The notes under the pieces: generated by a model
Told to the model about the DNA's origin: nothing
The model's input: only the letters and a program-made list of their open reading frames with translations
The model's database searches: none
Program-made: the position numbers and the translations under genes
Part shown: positions 1-12,619 of the stretch, one piece after another
How the letters are laid out: each line of letters opens with the position of its first letter
Numbering within the stretch: the first letter of the stretch is position 1
From: Octopus bimaculoides
Lineage: Eukaryota
DNA length: 40,068 nt
Direction: 5' to 3'
NCBI RefSeq assembly: GCF_001194135.2
Contig: NC_068984.1
Location: 23,381,398 to 23,421,465, forward strand

Positions 1-479
1 GGGGAGATAGGGAGGAGGAGGAGGAGGAGGGGGGTGTATATAGGCTCGACTGCCGGCTGCGAAGCATCCCTTATATTCCCATCTCATGGCATTCACCTTT
101 TACGTTCATCTCCTATGTTCCTGCCTCTAGGCTTTCACTCTACACACGCCAGCTCAACTTGATTCGTCTTTATTGGTCGAAAGATACCTGTTGTTATTTT
201 CCTGTTGTTTGTATTTGTAATTGTGTAACATATTCTCTGCATTTTTGTCTTTGTTGTCGTACACATTCGCTTGCTTTCTCCCCAAAAATTTAATGCTATT
301 AGCTTAGATTTGGGGGGGGGGCAACCAGATTTGAATAGTCTCAAGTGTAACCAGCTGAAACTGTAAGGATGCAACAAAATCTCAAATCACACCTCATGGT
401 CTTAAGTCATGGTTGTGCTGGATCAAAGCAACAACCATGCGCCTAACAGTACACCCTTTCACATTGCACCTCCTCACAT

Positions 480-757
480 TGTATCACAAAGATAAAGCAC
501 AGCACATTCAGGCCAACGAGATAAAGGTAACCCCTGCAGCTCATAGGGCGAGCAACCCGGTTGCCATGACCAATAAGTGAACGAGATCACATTTCCTTAA
601 ATGGGTCACCAGTCCGTCGCAGAGTTAGCCATTTACAGATGAGTAGACTGTAGCAACGTGAAATGATGTTTTGCTCAAGAACACAATGTACCAGCCGGTC
701 TGGGAATCGAAACCAGGATCTTGTGATTGTGAGTACAACGCTTTAACTATTAGGCCA
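480..757 (-). mobile_element. tRNA-derived SINE, degraded
   Basis: The minus strand reads TGGCCTAATAGTTAAAGCG (A-box-like) ... GGTTTCGATTCCCAGACCGG (B-box). The head resembles the copy at 17790-18177, but the body differs. Confidence 0.65.
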
Positions 758-834
758 ACACAGCCAACGACCGACAAAATAATAATATCGAAATCGTCTT
801 CAAATCACACCTTATACTGTCCTAGATATTCTTT

Positions 835-1128
835 AACTTGTTTCAGTCATTTGGCTGCGGCCATGCTGGAGCACCGCATTTAGTCGAAGAAATCGACCCC
901 AAGACTTATTCTCTGTAAGCCTAGTACTTATTCTATCGGCCTCTTTTGCCGAACTGCTACGTTAGGGGGACGTAAACACACCAACATCGGTTGTCAAGCG
1001 ATGGTAGGGGACAAACTCAGGCACACGCACAGACATACACACACACTCTCTCTCACACACACTCTCACACACACATACACACACACATACACAAATACAT
1101 ATATATATGTAACATATACATATATATA
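835..1128 (-). mobile_element. SINE family A, 3' half; internal microsatellite runs into a gap
   Basis: Reverse complement of the 3' half of the full copy at 2468-2873 (gcggccatgctggagcaccgc...acaccaacatcggttgtcaagcgatgg), followed by (CA)n/(TA)n. Confidence 0.85.
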
Positions 1129-1826
1129 NNNNNNNNNNNNNNNNNNNNNNNNNNNNNNNNNNNNNNNNNNNNNNNNNNNNNNNNNNNNNNNNNNNNNNNN
1201 NNNNNNNNNNNNNNNNNNNNNNNNNNNNNNNNNNNNNNNNNNNNNNNNNNNNNNNNNNNNNNNNNNNNNNNNNNNNNNNNNNNNNNNNNNNNNNNNNNNN
1301 NNNNNNNNNNNNNNNNNNNNNNNNNNNNNNNNNNNNNNNNNNNNNNNNNNNNNNNNNNNNNNNNNNNNNNNNNNNNNNNNNNNNNNNNNNNNNNNNNNNN
1401 NNNNNNNNNNNNNNNNNNNNNNNNNNNNNNNNNNNNNNNNNNNNNNNNNNNNNNNNNNNNAAAAAAAAAAAAAAAAAATGTAGAAATAAAACAGGAGGGT
1501 CGCGAAGGAATGCATTTGATAAATCCATGCCGATTCGTTACGTAAACAAAGGAGTTGACATCACTACAACCTATCCTCTCATTTGCACGTCTTCACCTAT
1601 TTCCCTGTCATTCCTTACGTATGACTGTACGTCTCCGTCTGTCACTCTCTCTTTCTCTCTATCTATATCTGTCTATCTTCTTCCCTCTTTTCGTCAACCC
1701 TCCGCCAATCATAAATCACAATGACCACCCTGACAACCAATTCAGTTACTCGTTTACTTCCTCGTATTCTCTCACATTCTTTTCTACCCCCACATATTTC
1801 TCTTTTTGTCACTGTGCTTATATCTA

Positions 1827-2056
1827 CAGCAATCCCTTGACTATTGCGGTTGTTACGTTCCATCCCCTACCCAGGTTTCGTAGGTGAAAATCCGCGAAGT
1901 AGAAACAGTACTGTACTATATATATTTTTTATTATCATTTTTATAATTTGTATATATTTATTTTATTACAAATGCAAAATAACACCACGGAGAAATCGAC
2001 GTAAGCTTAAATAATAAACCGCGATAGGTGCGTCGCGATATGGCACAAGATTACTG
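1827..2056. mobile_element. pogo/Tigger-type MITE (about 230 bp)
   Basis: The left end is TA|CAGCAATCCCTTGACTATTGCGGTT. The right end, AACCGCGATA...GATTACTG|TG, is an imperfect inverted copy. The interior is AT-rich and non-coding. Confidence 0.55.
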
Positions 2057-2467
2057 TGATTCCTTCTCTCAGCATTTACACACACACACACACAAACAAA
2101 CAAATGTATGAGTGTCAATATGTGCCTAACCCTCCGGTGGTGCGATGGGGTGTCTCATACCCCATGTGACGTTTTTATATGAGTATTCTACATCTGGTAG
2201 CAGTGATAGTGTTATCTTTCCGTGTAATTTCTTGGCACACTCCACTGAGTTCATGCACAACTCCACTCAGTTACTTGCTAAGTGATGAGAAGTGGGCACA
2301 CGTGGTATTTGTGTCTGGGGTTGTGCACATCCCACCATATCATTCACTGTATTCTTTATTGACAGGTACATTTTTGTTTCCTTTTCTTTATTATTGTTTA
2401 TTTCACTTGTTTATTTTTATATTTGAAAGGCTGATAGTTTCTCGTATAAAATTATATATTATTGTCA

Positions 2468-2873
2468 AGGAGTGGCTGTGTGGTAAGTAGCTTGCTTACC
2501 AACCACATGGTTCCGGGTTCAGTCCCACTGCGTGGCACCTTGGGCAAGTGTCTTCTACTATAGCCTCGGACCGACCAATGCCTTGTGAGTGGATTTGGTA
2601 GACAGAAACTGAAAGAAGCCCGTCGTATATATGTACATATATATATATATATGTATGTGTGTGTATATGTCTGTGTTTGTCCCCCAACATCGCTTAACAA
2701 CCGATGGTGGTGTGTTTACGTCCCCGTAACATAGCGGTTCGGCAAAAGAGACCGATAGAATAAGTACTAGGCTTACAAAGAATAAGTCCTGGGGTCGGTT
2801 TGCTTGACTAAAGGTGGTGCTCCAGCATGGCCACAGTCACATGACTGAAACAAGTAAAAGAGTAAAAGAGTAA
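2468..2873 (+). mobile_element. SINE family A, full length
   Basis: tRNA-like head (GGAGTGGCTGTGTGGTAAG ... CCGGGTTCAGTCCC), internal (TA)n/(TG)n tract and (GTAAAAGA)n tail. Homologous pieces recur at least five times in the window. Confidence 0.9.
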
Positions 2874-2899
2874 CTGACCAACTTTTTTTTTGTTATTAG

Positions 2900-3630
2900 A
2901 TGGTCCTGAATGCCATGAAAATGAGGAATCTTTCCTCTCAGATTCGCAACGGACTACGAAAGACAAATGGAGAAATTGAGAGATATGGTTGAGAGAGAAT
3001 TAGACATAGAAGAATCGGGATCATTTCTTGATGAAGAACCAGATGAAGAGGAATCTGAAGAGGAAGAAGAGAATATAGCTGAGGAAGAAGCAACAGACGA
3101 AGAAATGACATGAAGAGGGAGGAACTGAAGCAGATGGCATGTTGCAGACATCACTAGATGATCCTTCAGAAGAAACAGATGAAGCTAATGGCGAAGATGA
3201 ACAGCAAGCTACCAGGAACACAGAAAAACAGTTTATAGGCAAAAATTATAAAACTCTCTGGAAAGAAGTTCTCCCAAGTCTTCCACAGTGTACACGCGCA
3301 CACAATGTATACCAGGATTCACCAGGACCAAATGGAGCAGCGAAACATGTGTATACTGCAGAGGACTGCTGGTCTTTGTTTCTCACACAAGAACTTCTGA
3401 ATGAATTAGTAGCTTGCATTAATATCTACATTGACAGTAAACAAGGAAAATATAAAAATAAGTCAAAAGAGAGACATACTAATGAAAGGGAGATGAAAGC
3501 TGCAATAGGATTGTTTTATCTGTTAGGAGTTTTTTTGTAGAGGTAACCGAATGAATAAGGAAGATGTTTGGGCAGCCGATGGTACAGGAATTGAAATTTT
3601 TCCGTAGTTCTCTATAGTCCAGATTCAATC
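2900..3630 (+). pseudogene. piggyBac (PGBD-like) transposase N-terminal fragment, frameshifted
   Basis: Acidic N-terminus DYERQMEKLRDMVERELD...EEE, then FIGKNYKTLW..TRAHNVYQDSPGP..AEDCWSLFLTQELLNELV..INIYI..EMKAAIGLFYLLGV. After a +1 shift in a T run it continues RGNRMNKEDVWAADGTGIEIF. At least 3 frameshifts; the DDD core is absent. Confidence 0.8.
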
Positions 3631-3689
3631 AATGTAGAACTCTTTATACATGTGCGCATCACGTGTTTGTGATTGTTTTTCCCCGCTTG

Positions 3690-3848
3690 GCAGTTTGTTT
3701 ACTTCTATGTAATTTAGTGGTTCGGCAAAAAGGTTCCGATAGAATAAGTACCAGGCTTTAAAAAAATAAGGACAAAACCCGCTCGAAGCAGTACACCAGC
3801 ATGGCCGCAGTCAACGATTGAAACCATTTAAAGAATAAACGAATAGAA

Positions 3849-3850
<2 letters not shown>
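3690..3850 (+). mobile_element. SINE family A, 3' fragment
   Basis: ggttcggcaaaa..ccgatagaataagtacc..cagcatggccgcagtc matches 2735-2850, with an A-rich tail. Confidence 0.75.
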
Positions 3851-3881
<31 letters not shown>

Positions 3882-3884
<3 letters not shown>

Positions 3885-4940
3885 ATTGCGGCCATGCTGG
3901 AGCACCACTTATAGTCGAAGAAATCGACCCCAGGACTTATTCTTTGCAAGCCTAGTAGTTATTTTATCGTTCTCTTAGTTACGGGGCGTAAACACACCAA
4001 CATCGGTTGTCAAGCGATGGTGGGGGACAAGCACAGACACACAAAAATACAGACACAGAAATACATACATACATGTATAACTACAAAGATAATCTGAAAC
4101 TCGACTGACGAAAGAAAACTCCGAATGACCCGCCCTTGATTTTTCTTGTCCCTTTTGCATCATCTAACTGTCTGGATGTTTTGTTGTAGCCTGTTGCGTT
4201 CTTGTCCCATTTTTTTGTATTCTCATATATATATATATANNNNNNNNNNNNNNNNNNNNNNNNNNNNNNNNNNNNNNNNNNNNNNNNNNNNNNNNNNNNN
4301 NNNNNNNNNNNNNNNNNNNNNNNNNNNNNNNNNNNNNNNNNNNNNNNNNNNNNNNNNNNNNNNNNNNNNNNNNNNNNNNNNNNNNNNNNNNNNNNNNNNN
4401 NNNNNNNNNNNNNNNNNNNNNNNNNNNNNNNNNNNNNNNNNNNNNNNNNNNNNNNNNNNNNNNNNNNNNNNNNNNNNNNNNNNNNNNNNNNNNNNNNNNN
4501 NNNNNNNNNNNNNNNNNNNNNNNNNNNNNNNNNNNNNNNNNNNNNNNNNNNNNNNNNNNNNNNNNNNNNNNNNNNNNNNNNNNNNNNNNNNNNNNNNNNN
4601 NNNNNNNNNNNNNNNNNNNNNNNNNNNNNNNNNNNNNNNNNNNNNNNNNNNNNNNNNNNNNNNNNNNNNNNNNNNNNNNNNNNNNNNNNNNNNNNNNNNN
4701 NNNNNNNNNNNNNNNNNNNNNNNNNNNNNNNNNNNNNNNNNNNNNNNNNNNNNNNNNNNNNNNNNNNNNNNNNNNNNNNNNNNNNNNNNNNNNNNNNNNN
4801 NNNNNNNNNNNNNNNNNNNNNNNNNNNNNNNNNNNNNNNNNNNNNNNNNNNNNNNNNNNNNNNNNNNNNNNNNNNGCCACGCAATGGGACTGAACCCGGA
4901 ACCATGTGGTTGGTAAGCAAGCTATTTACCACACAGCCCT
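3882..4940 (-). mobile_element. SINE family A copy split at its internal microsatellite
   Basis: The 3' half (3882-4075) and 5' head (4876-4940) are both on the minus strand and colinear. They are separated by a foreign insert (4080-4239) and a gap. Confidence 0.65.
4080..4239 (+). mobile_element. Probable Penelope-like terminal repeat fragment ending in (TA)n
   Basis: GAAACTCGACTGACGAAAG motif, then a pyrimidine-rich tail running into (TA)n. The architecture resembles 36200-36520. The family assignment is inference. Confidence 0.35.
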
Positions 4941-4982
4941 CCTTCTGTATGTATGTATATATATATATATAAATATATACGC

Positions 4983-5013
<31 letters not shown>

Positions 5014-5989
5014 CATATATCACACATTGTTTGTCTTTTCTTTCCTATTATCTGCCTTCCATTTCTATGTCTGCCATACAAATCGCCACGTCCACCATTA
5101 CAATACAACCATTCACTTAACTATTCACATATTTTTCTCCTACTCCAAATAGCCTGTCTTTCTTTGTCTGTCTTTCTGTCTGCCTCTCCGTGTGTGTCTG
5201 CGTGTGTATGTGTATATGTTTATGTATGTATATATGCACATACATGTGTATCTACGCACACACACAAACACACACACATTCACACAAAGGCACCCACACA
5301 CTCAACCACCCATACACACACACGTATACACAGTGTTTGTCTAGTCACGTCGCCTATAAGTAGATACATGCAACCACTGCGATGACCACCACTATCACTA
5401 CAACCCATTCTCTCTTTTGCTCCCCCTTTTGTATCTTGCCTCTCCCTCTCTCTCTCTTTCCCCCTCTCTCTCTGTCGCTCGTTCCTTGTGCACCTCTCAT
5501 TCTCTTATACACGACCCACACACCACTACGACGACCACCAAGAATATATTCCCCTACATTACCATCATCAGTACTATAACGCCCACTTACCACCATACCA
5601 CCGCTATCACATTCACCAATACCATCCCAGTGTCACTATCATACACCCAGACATACCATCCTGGGTGTACGATGGTTGTTCGTGGGTACTGATTAACACC
5701 CACGACTAATCATATACCCCACGTTGTCACAGATTCCAACCTTATACTACTATTACCCCAACCATTACCACTACTGTTAATACCACTAGCGTATTACTAC
5801 TTATACCATCCATAGAGCCTATACCACCACCACCACCACCAGAGTTTTCTCTCCGCCGCTATCATCACCAGATACATAGGATGAACCAGTGACATCAGCG
5901 ATGTTTCTAGAACAGCGTATTCAACCATCGACCAAACTGACGCACGTGTTAAGACTTGTGTAGTAAGATACAATTGTACACAGCGCCTC

Positions 5990-6913
5990 TTGTTTGTCTT
6001 CCTCTTCCTCCGCCTCTTCCCCCTCCTCCTCCCCTCCCCNNNNNNNNNNNNNNNNNNNNNNNNNNNNNNNNNNNNNNNNNNNNNNNNNNNNNNNNNNNNN
6101 NNNNNNNNNNNNNNNNNNNNNNNNNNNNNNNNNNNNNNNNNNNNNNNNNNNNNNNNNNNNNNNNNNNNNNNNNNNNNNNNNNNNNNNNNNNNNNNNNNNN
6201 NNNNNNNNNNNNNNNNNNNNNNNNNNNNNNNNNNNNNNNNNNNNNNNNNNNNNNNNNNNNNNNNNNNNNNNNNNNNNNNNNNNNNNNNNNNNNNNNNNNN
6301 NNNNNNNNNNNNNNNCTCCCCCTCATCCTCCCCTTCATCCTCCTCCTCCTCTTTCTTCTTCTCCTCCTTCTCCTTCTCTTCATCCTCTTCCTCCGCCTCC
6401 TTCTTCTTCGTCTTCTTCTTCTCCTCCTCCTCCTCCTTCTTCTCCTCCTTCTCTTCATCTTCCTCCTCCTTCTTTTTCTTTTTCTTCTTCTTCTTCTCCT
6501 CCTCCTTCTTCTCCTCCTTCTCTTCATCCTCCTCCTCCTTCTTTTCCTCCTTTTTCTTTTTCTTCTTCTTCTTCTTCTTCTTCTTCTTCTTCTTCTTCTC
6601 CTCCTCCTCCTCCTCCTTCTCTTCATCCTCCACCTCCTTCTCCTCCTTCGTTTCCTTCTTCTTCTTCTTCTTCTCCTTCTTCTTCTTCTTCTTCTCCTCC
6701 TCCTCCTCCTCCTTCTTCTCTTTCTTCTTACCACCGCCACTGCTGCTGCTGCTGCTTCTTTTCTTGCTTTTCCTTCTCCCTTCTCCTATTTTCTTCTTTC
6801 TTTCTCTTTCTCTTCCGTCATTGTCGTCGTCATCATCATCGTTATCAACGTCGTTGTCGTCATTGACATCGTCATCATCATCATTGTTATCATCCCCCTC
6901 CTCCTCCTCCTCC

Positions 6914-6944
<31 letters not shown>

Positions 6945-7030
6945 TATCTTCTTTTTCTTCTTCTTCTTCCTCCTCCTTCTCCTCCTCCAACTCCACCTTC
7001 AACTTCTCCTGCTTGTCATTGTCATTATTG
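5990..7030. repeat. Compound (CTC/CTT/CAT/GCT)n trinucleotide array
   Basis: Directly visible. It is the source of the spurious 260-470 aa low-complexity ORFs. Confidence 0.95.
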
Positions 7031-7098
7031 ATTATGTGAGTGTCGAGAAAAGTGAGTGTGTCTATGTGTCTATGTATGTATGTGTATGAGTGGGTGTA

Positions 7099-7158
<60 letters not shown>

Positions 7159-7912
7159 CTTAGATCTAAAACTAGAGTTCGTTATGTCATTGGCAAAACA
7201 CATCGGAGGTGAACGCTCCAGGTCTCAATAACGAACTATGTCTGCTGCGCAGTTTCGATCCACATCTGAGACCCGTGGCACTTAACGACTCTAATAGCCT
7301 GAAACAACTAAAAGATATACANNNNNNNNNNNNNNNNNNNNNNNNNNNNNNNNNNNNNNNNNNNNNNNNNNNNNNNNNNNNNNNNNNNNNNNNNNNNNNN
7401 NNNNNNNNNNNNNNNNNNNNNNNNNNNNNNNNNNNNNNNNNNNNNNNNNNNNNNNNNNNNNNNNNNNNNNNNNNNNNNNNNNNNNNNNNNNNNNNNNNNN
7501 NNNNNNNNNNNNNNNNNNNNNNNNNNNNNNNNNNNNNNNNNNNNNNNNNNNNNNNNNNNNNNNNNNNNNNNNNNNNNNNNNNNNNNNNNNNNNNNNNNNN
7601 NNNNNNNNNNNNNNNNNNNNNNNNNNNNNNNNNNNNNNNNNNNNNNNNNNNNNNNNNNNNNNNNNNNNNNNNNNNNNNNNNNNNNNNNNNNNNNNNNNNN
7701 NNNNNNNNNNNNNNNNNNNNNNNNNNNNNNNNNNNNNNNNNNNNNNNNNNNNNNNNNNNNNNNNNNNNNNNNNNNNNNNNNNNNNNNNNNNNNNNNNNNN
7801 NNNNNNNNNNNNNNNNNNNNNNNNNNNNNNNNNNNNNNNNNNNNNNNNNNNNNNNNNNNNNNNNNNNNNNNNNNNNNNNNNNNNNNNNNNNNNNNNNNNN
7901 NNNNNNNNNNNN

Positions 7913-7963
<51 letters not shown>

Positions 7964-8029
7964 TTAGGGACTAAATCCAAAATTACAGGTAAAAACTCAA
8001 TTAAAATAATATATATATTAGTTGACATT

Positions 8030-8200
8030 TTAGTCGAAGAAATCGATCCCAGTAATTTTTTTTTAAAGCTTGGCACTTTATCAGTCTTTTTTGACGAATC
8101 ACAACAACACACACGCGCGCGCACACACACGTAGTGGGACTGAACCCTGGACCACGTGATTGGAAAGCAAGCTTATTACCACACAGCAACGCATGCGCCT
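8030..8200 (-). mobile_element. SINE family A, internally deleted
   Basis: Head (gtgggactgaacc...ttaccacacagc) joined to a tail piece (ttagtcgaagaaatcgatccc). Confidence 0.7.
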
Positions 8201-8449
8201 GTCTGTTTGTTGTCTGTCTGTCTGTCTGCTAAATATCAGAGGTTTTAGCCCGAATCAGAGGTGCTGGAAATTGATATTAAACTTCACTTGCCTTTGAATA
8301 AATAACATTGTTCGATGTTAGATGAAGGCTGCTGGTCATTTCTACTTGTCCTCAAAGGGGAGCTGGAATAACAAAAGGTTAAGCAATCCTCTCATAGAGG
8401 CTCCCCCATTGGATGGTAAAGCACCAGTAATACCCCCATGCACCACCTC

Positions 8450-8700
8450 CACTTATGCATGATTGTCACAACCTTCAATCTCTTCTTTCTTTAAATACAA
8501 ATACCGCAATTGTTGCAGACACTACACTGGAAGAGAGACTCGACAAGCGTTCTAGATGCCTTTTGAAGAAATGGAACGAATACTGAACAGATCAGAGACA
8601 TTCATGCCATACTTGTCTATTCTAGAGATAGGAAACTGAGGAAAATTTGACTACTATTCTTTGACATGCCGAAAGACCACTTACAAGCTCCCTAGAATAC
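8450..8700 (+). pseudogene. Highly decayed non-LTR reverse transcriptase fragment
   Basis: Frame-hopping translation gives DCHN..SLLS, then F*RNGTNTEQI..IHAIL...LLFFDMPK. This resembles the NYRGISLLS / GFR..RST..QI / F.D..KAFD motifs. Confidence 0.35.
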
Positions 8701-9249
8701 AGTTTAGAAAAGGCACAAATACCATTACATCTTATGTTTCCTTCAGTTATTTATCATATAGAATTCTGTAGACTAGACATAGATTCTGAGCTGAGCCATG
8801 ATGAAGTTTTGATTCCAATTTGAAGTTAGTGTCAATCAGCAACGCCAAATAAGTGGCACCAAAACGGTTGTCCCAAAATGACTCATTCCTATCAATGTAA
8901 TTATAAAAAACACTACCATCACAAATTCACATTTCTAGTCTCATGCATAGAAAACTGAAATGAAAAAATAGCGGTTATTGCCTGAGGTCGATTTTGTTGG
9001 CATAAACAGGTGTCGCTGTTGTTGTTTAATCCTAAACCGTTTCCAATGCCACAAATCTATCATCAAAAGCACTTCAACTGTGATCATCCTATATTTTCAG
9101 ATATACTATAACTAGGACTACACTAACCAACGTCTCTTTCGTCTTTTAAAAGATAGTAAGGTGTACTTTAAGAGACACATGGTTTTATTTCTAGTAGCTC
9201 GATCAATGGCAAGGAATTTCTCTCGCAGTTCCGTCACCTACCACACAGA

Positions 9250-10150
9250 TGGGTAATCTAATTCTTATCTATATCGTATTGTTTCACTCTTCGGTATTCA
9301 AATTCTATGTGGGTTTCTAACATTAACTCGAGATCACATATTTCGGATGAAGGCTGCTAGAATAAATTATTCTGTTGATGTAGTTCTATTTTTGTAACCA
9401 AGATGCTTTCCTAATATACTTGTTAATTTTGCCTAAGATAATTACAATGTGGAAGGCACATATTAGCTTTCAAAAACCCACACAGATTGCTATCTTTACT
9501 GAATCATTTATTATTTAGTGTCCAAATTTTCGATTCCACTACATCTCTCGTGTCAGGGACCCGGTTGCAGTTGGTGCAACGAAAATTTTGACACCAAATA
9601 AATGTTTAAGTGACGTGAGGCGTATTTGTGTGATTTTGAATGGCTAATTTGTATTTTCCACACAGTAATTGCCTTAGTTACAACACAAGATCCCAGATCA
9701 TATCACTTGCCTATCAAATACACCTCTGAAATTTATCTAAGATATTTCACTGTTTACTCCTCTCTCTCTCTCGGCTGGATTTATTACCCTACTCATGAAA
9801 TTTTATGTGGTCTCTGACCATGAAGCACGCTTCATGCATTGCTAAAACTTCTATATAATTCAAATGAATTTTCTGAGCTATGGTTTCTGCTTAATGTTAA
9901 TACTGTTCTATGTATATGCGATGTTCTTGCTACTGGTTTTAGTGATATTCTCATAAATTTACCCTTGATGTTTGGTATTTTCTACTTTTTAAAGTTGTTC
10001 GTTTTATCAGAAAACGTAAAGGTCTTAAATTTCTGAATGTGACTCTAGTTTGTTGGTGTACTTACGGAAATGAATGTTTGTTGTCAAGTCTAGCAGGCTG
10101 GTTTCCAGGTTCCTACGCCTTTAATTTTGGGTTAATGGTTTTCGCTCCAC
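9250..10150 (-). mobile_element. Decayed Penelope-like RT fragment
   Basis: Minus-strand remnants YVF*(D)KT..KVE..YENITKT, RDHIKF and INPAE align conceptually with the better-preserved copy at 13030-14640. Confidence 0.45.
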
Positions 10151-10379
10151 TATCACAGTATTCTGTTACTGTTACGGTTTTATTAGAAAAGTATAAGAAA
10201 AAGTGGTTTTCTTTTTATCTCATACGCCATTGGTTGATCAAAAACAGAAAGCCACAACTCTGTCTAATTATATATGGTAGTTGAAAGATATCAACATCAG
10301 CTGAAAATAAAATGGAAACTATAGGAACTAAGTAGACAATATATAAACGCACAAAGCCATGCTATTTATACTCTGCGAA

Positions 10380-11270
10380 GAAGAGTATTATAGAGAATAA
10401 CATCGAAGACACAAAAGAATTTCAATACAAATTTAGTATTTTTTAGCAGTAGCTACCACTTCTATAAATTTCTGTGGAAAGGAAGGAAATTAAAACTACA
10501 ACTAAATAGAAATGTTTGGCTAAACGTGAAGAGTATATTAATTCCAATTTGATAAAAATATTAATTAACTCAGCTGGGATTGAAATCCAACTTCTTAGTA
10601 AATGCATTGAAACTATATAGGTGTCAAAATATAAAACTACAAATCCCCAGCAATGAAATGAATGGATTACTGGAAGAGTTGTTTCAACGGTATAAGCAAC
10701 AAGAATATTTTATATGTTGACTAACTTTGATATTGTTCATCTTTGTCCTTCCAACCCACATCCTTATTCATCCAGCACCTTCACTTCCAAGCTTTCCAAA
10801 ATTAATAAGAAAATAAACTATAATACCCTATAGTTTAACCCGCCTTTCTCTCTGAATGACAAAACTAATGACGCAAAAGCTTTGTTAGCCCTCATTGACA
10901 GATGCTTTACATTAAACCAGTATTGGAAGTTATTCACACTGCATGCTTAAAAGTATCTCTTTACAACGTACCCATTTTAAGCGAGATAATGCGAAGTTCA
11001 TAGGAAATATAGAGATATAATCCTTGAAGAATATTGCAAAGCAGGCAGTAATTTATTTATAATGGTAATAATGACATCATTACAAAACGTAGAAATGACA
11101 GGCAAATTTCAAAAGACAATATTTCATCTACGTTCAATCTTTGCGGAACGAAGGAGAATGTCACAGTTCTTATAAGCTATATATGGAAATTGAGAGACAA
11201 CGAAGCTAAGACTTTTGACAGCTTTGGAGAAATAGTGAAGCAAAACATGGTATACATCAATCGTTCAAAT
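10380..11270 (+). mobile_element. Decayed Penelope-like element (RT remnant with internal deletion, linker, GIY-YIG remnant)
   Basis: FDIVHLCPS (RT motif); FNPPFSLNDKTNDAKALLALIDRCF (WFNPP linker); SYIWKLRDNE (endonuclease C-terminal part). Confidence 0.7.
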
Positions 11271-11971
11271 ATTTGAAATTTATGTATCACAAATGTTGTG
11301 TGTGTATGCGAGTGTGTATGTGTGTGTGTATGTGTGTGTATGTGTATGTTGTGTGTGTGTCCGTGTGCGTGTGTGTGTGCGAGTGTCTGTGTGTAAGCGC
11401 GTGTGTCTATATGTAAGCGCGTGTGTCTGTGTGTGCGTGTGTGTGTGTGTGTTCTAAATAAACTGAAAATATCAATTGCTTAAATAAGTCTGAAAACTTC
11501 ACCAAATACAGGCACATTTAATGATTCCTCGTAACTAAATTTAATCGTAAAATAAAACCCCGATGAAGACATAATACTCTGCTGTCGATCTAGCGTTACA
11601 GCGTAATGGACTTCTACTTACCACATTTTGCATTTCACATCTCACTTACACGCTTTTGATCCCTCTTAAATACTAGATATGCAACATGTAGCTTCGCATA
11701 ACTGACTTGCGCACACGATCTACAACATGAACATCTTCTTTCGACCTAGCGGTACCAGACAACACCTACACATATCAAAATATATTCCACATCATTGTAC
11801 ATGGTGTATTCCCACGTAAAATCAAATACACACGCGCAAGCACACACACACTTACACGCGCAACCCGTTATCAATTCACGTTTAGGAATGTGCATGCTAA
11901 AATACCAGTAGAGTAACATATATATACTTACACGTAAAAGTCTACAATATGTGTGTGCAAGCATGTATATG

Positions 11972-12041
<70 letters not shown>

Positions 12042-12619
12042 NNNNNNNNNNNNNNNNNNNNNNNNNNNNNNNNNNNNNNNNNNNNNNNNNNNNNNNNNNN
12101 NNNNNNNNNNNNNNNNNNNNNNNNNNNNNNNNNNNNNNNNNNNNNNNNNNNNNNNNNNNNNNNNNNNNNNNNNNNNNNNNNNNNNNNNNNNNNNNNNNNN
12201 NNNNNNNNNNNNNNNNNNNNNNNNNNNNNNNNNNNNNNNNNNNNNNNNNNNNNNNNNNNNNNNNNNNNNNNNNNNNNNNNNNNNNNNNNNNNNNNNNNNN
12301 NNNNNNNNNNNNNNNNNNNNNNNNNNNNNNNNNNNNNNNNNNNNNNNNNNNNNNNNNNNNNNNNNNNNNNNNNNNNNNNNNNNNNNNNNNNNNNNNNNNN
12401 NNNNNNNNNNNNNNNNNNNNNNNNNNNNNNNNNNNNNNNNNNNNNNNNNNNNNNNNNNNNNNNNNNNNNNNNNNNNNNNNNNNNNNNNNNNNNNNNNNNN
12501 NNNNNNNNNNNNNNNNNNNNNNNNNNNNNNNNNNNNNNNNNNNNNNNNNNNNNNNNNNNNNNNNNNNNNNNNNNNNNNNNNNNNNNNNNNNNNNNNNNNN
12601 NNNNNNNNNNNNNNNNNAA

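Larger units (their letters stand above)
2130..3630 (+). mobile_element. piggyBac-like DNA transposon, left part only, 3'-truncated
   Basis: CTAA (decayed TTAA) is followed by CCCTCCGGTGGTG and a subterminal hairpin ATGGGGT-gtctcat-ACCCCAT. Transposase-like coding remnants lie downstream. Confidence 0.65.

Noticed and set aside
150-195. caac...ggtcGAAA...gttg possible hammerhead remnant
   Set aside because: The CUGANGA half is not recognisable.
5797-7203. 468-aa and overlapping long ORFs rich in E/K/D/R/S/L
   Set aside because: They are translations of trinucleotide microsatellites and N-gaps, open in nearly all frames, with no splice or domain support.
7176-7275. Paired segments AGTTCGTTAT/ATAACGAACT and GGTCTCA/TGAGACC suggesting an HDV-like ribozyme
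   Set aside because: The L3 loop is too short, and no P1.1 or catalytic J4/2 strand could be assigned.
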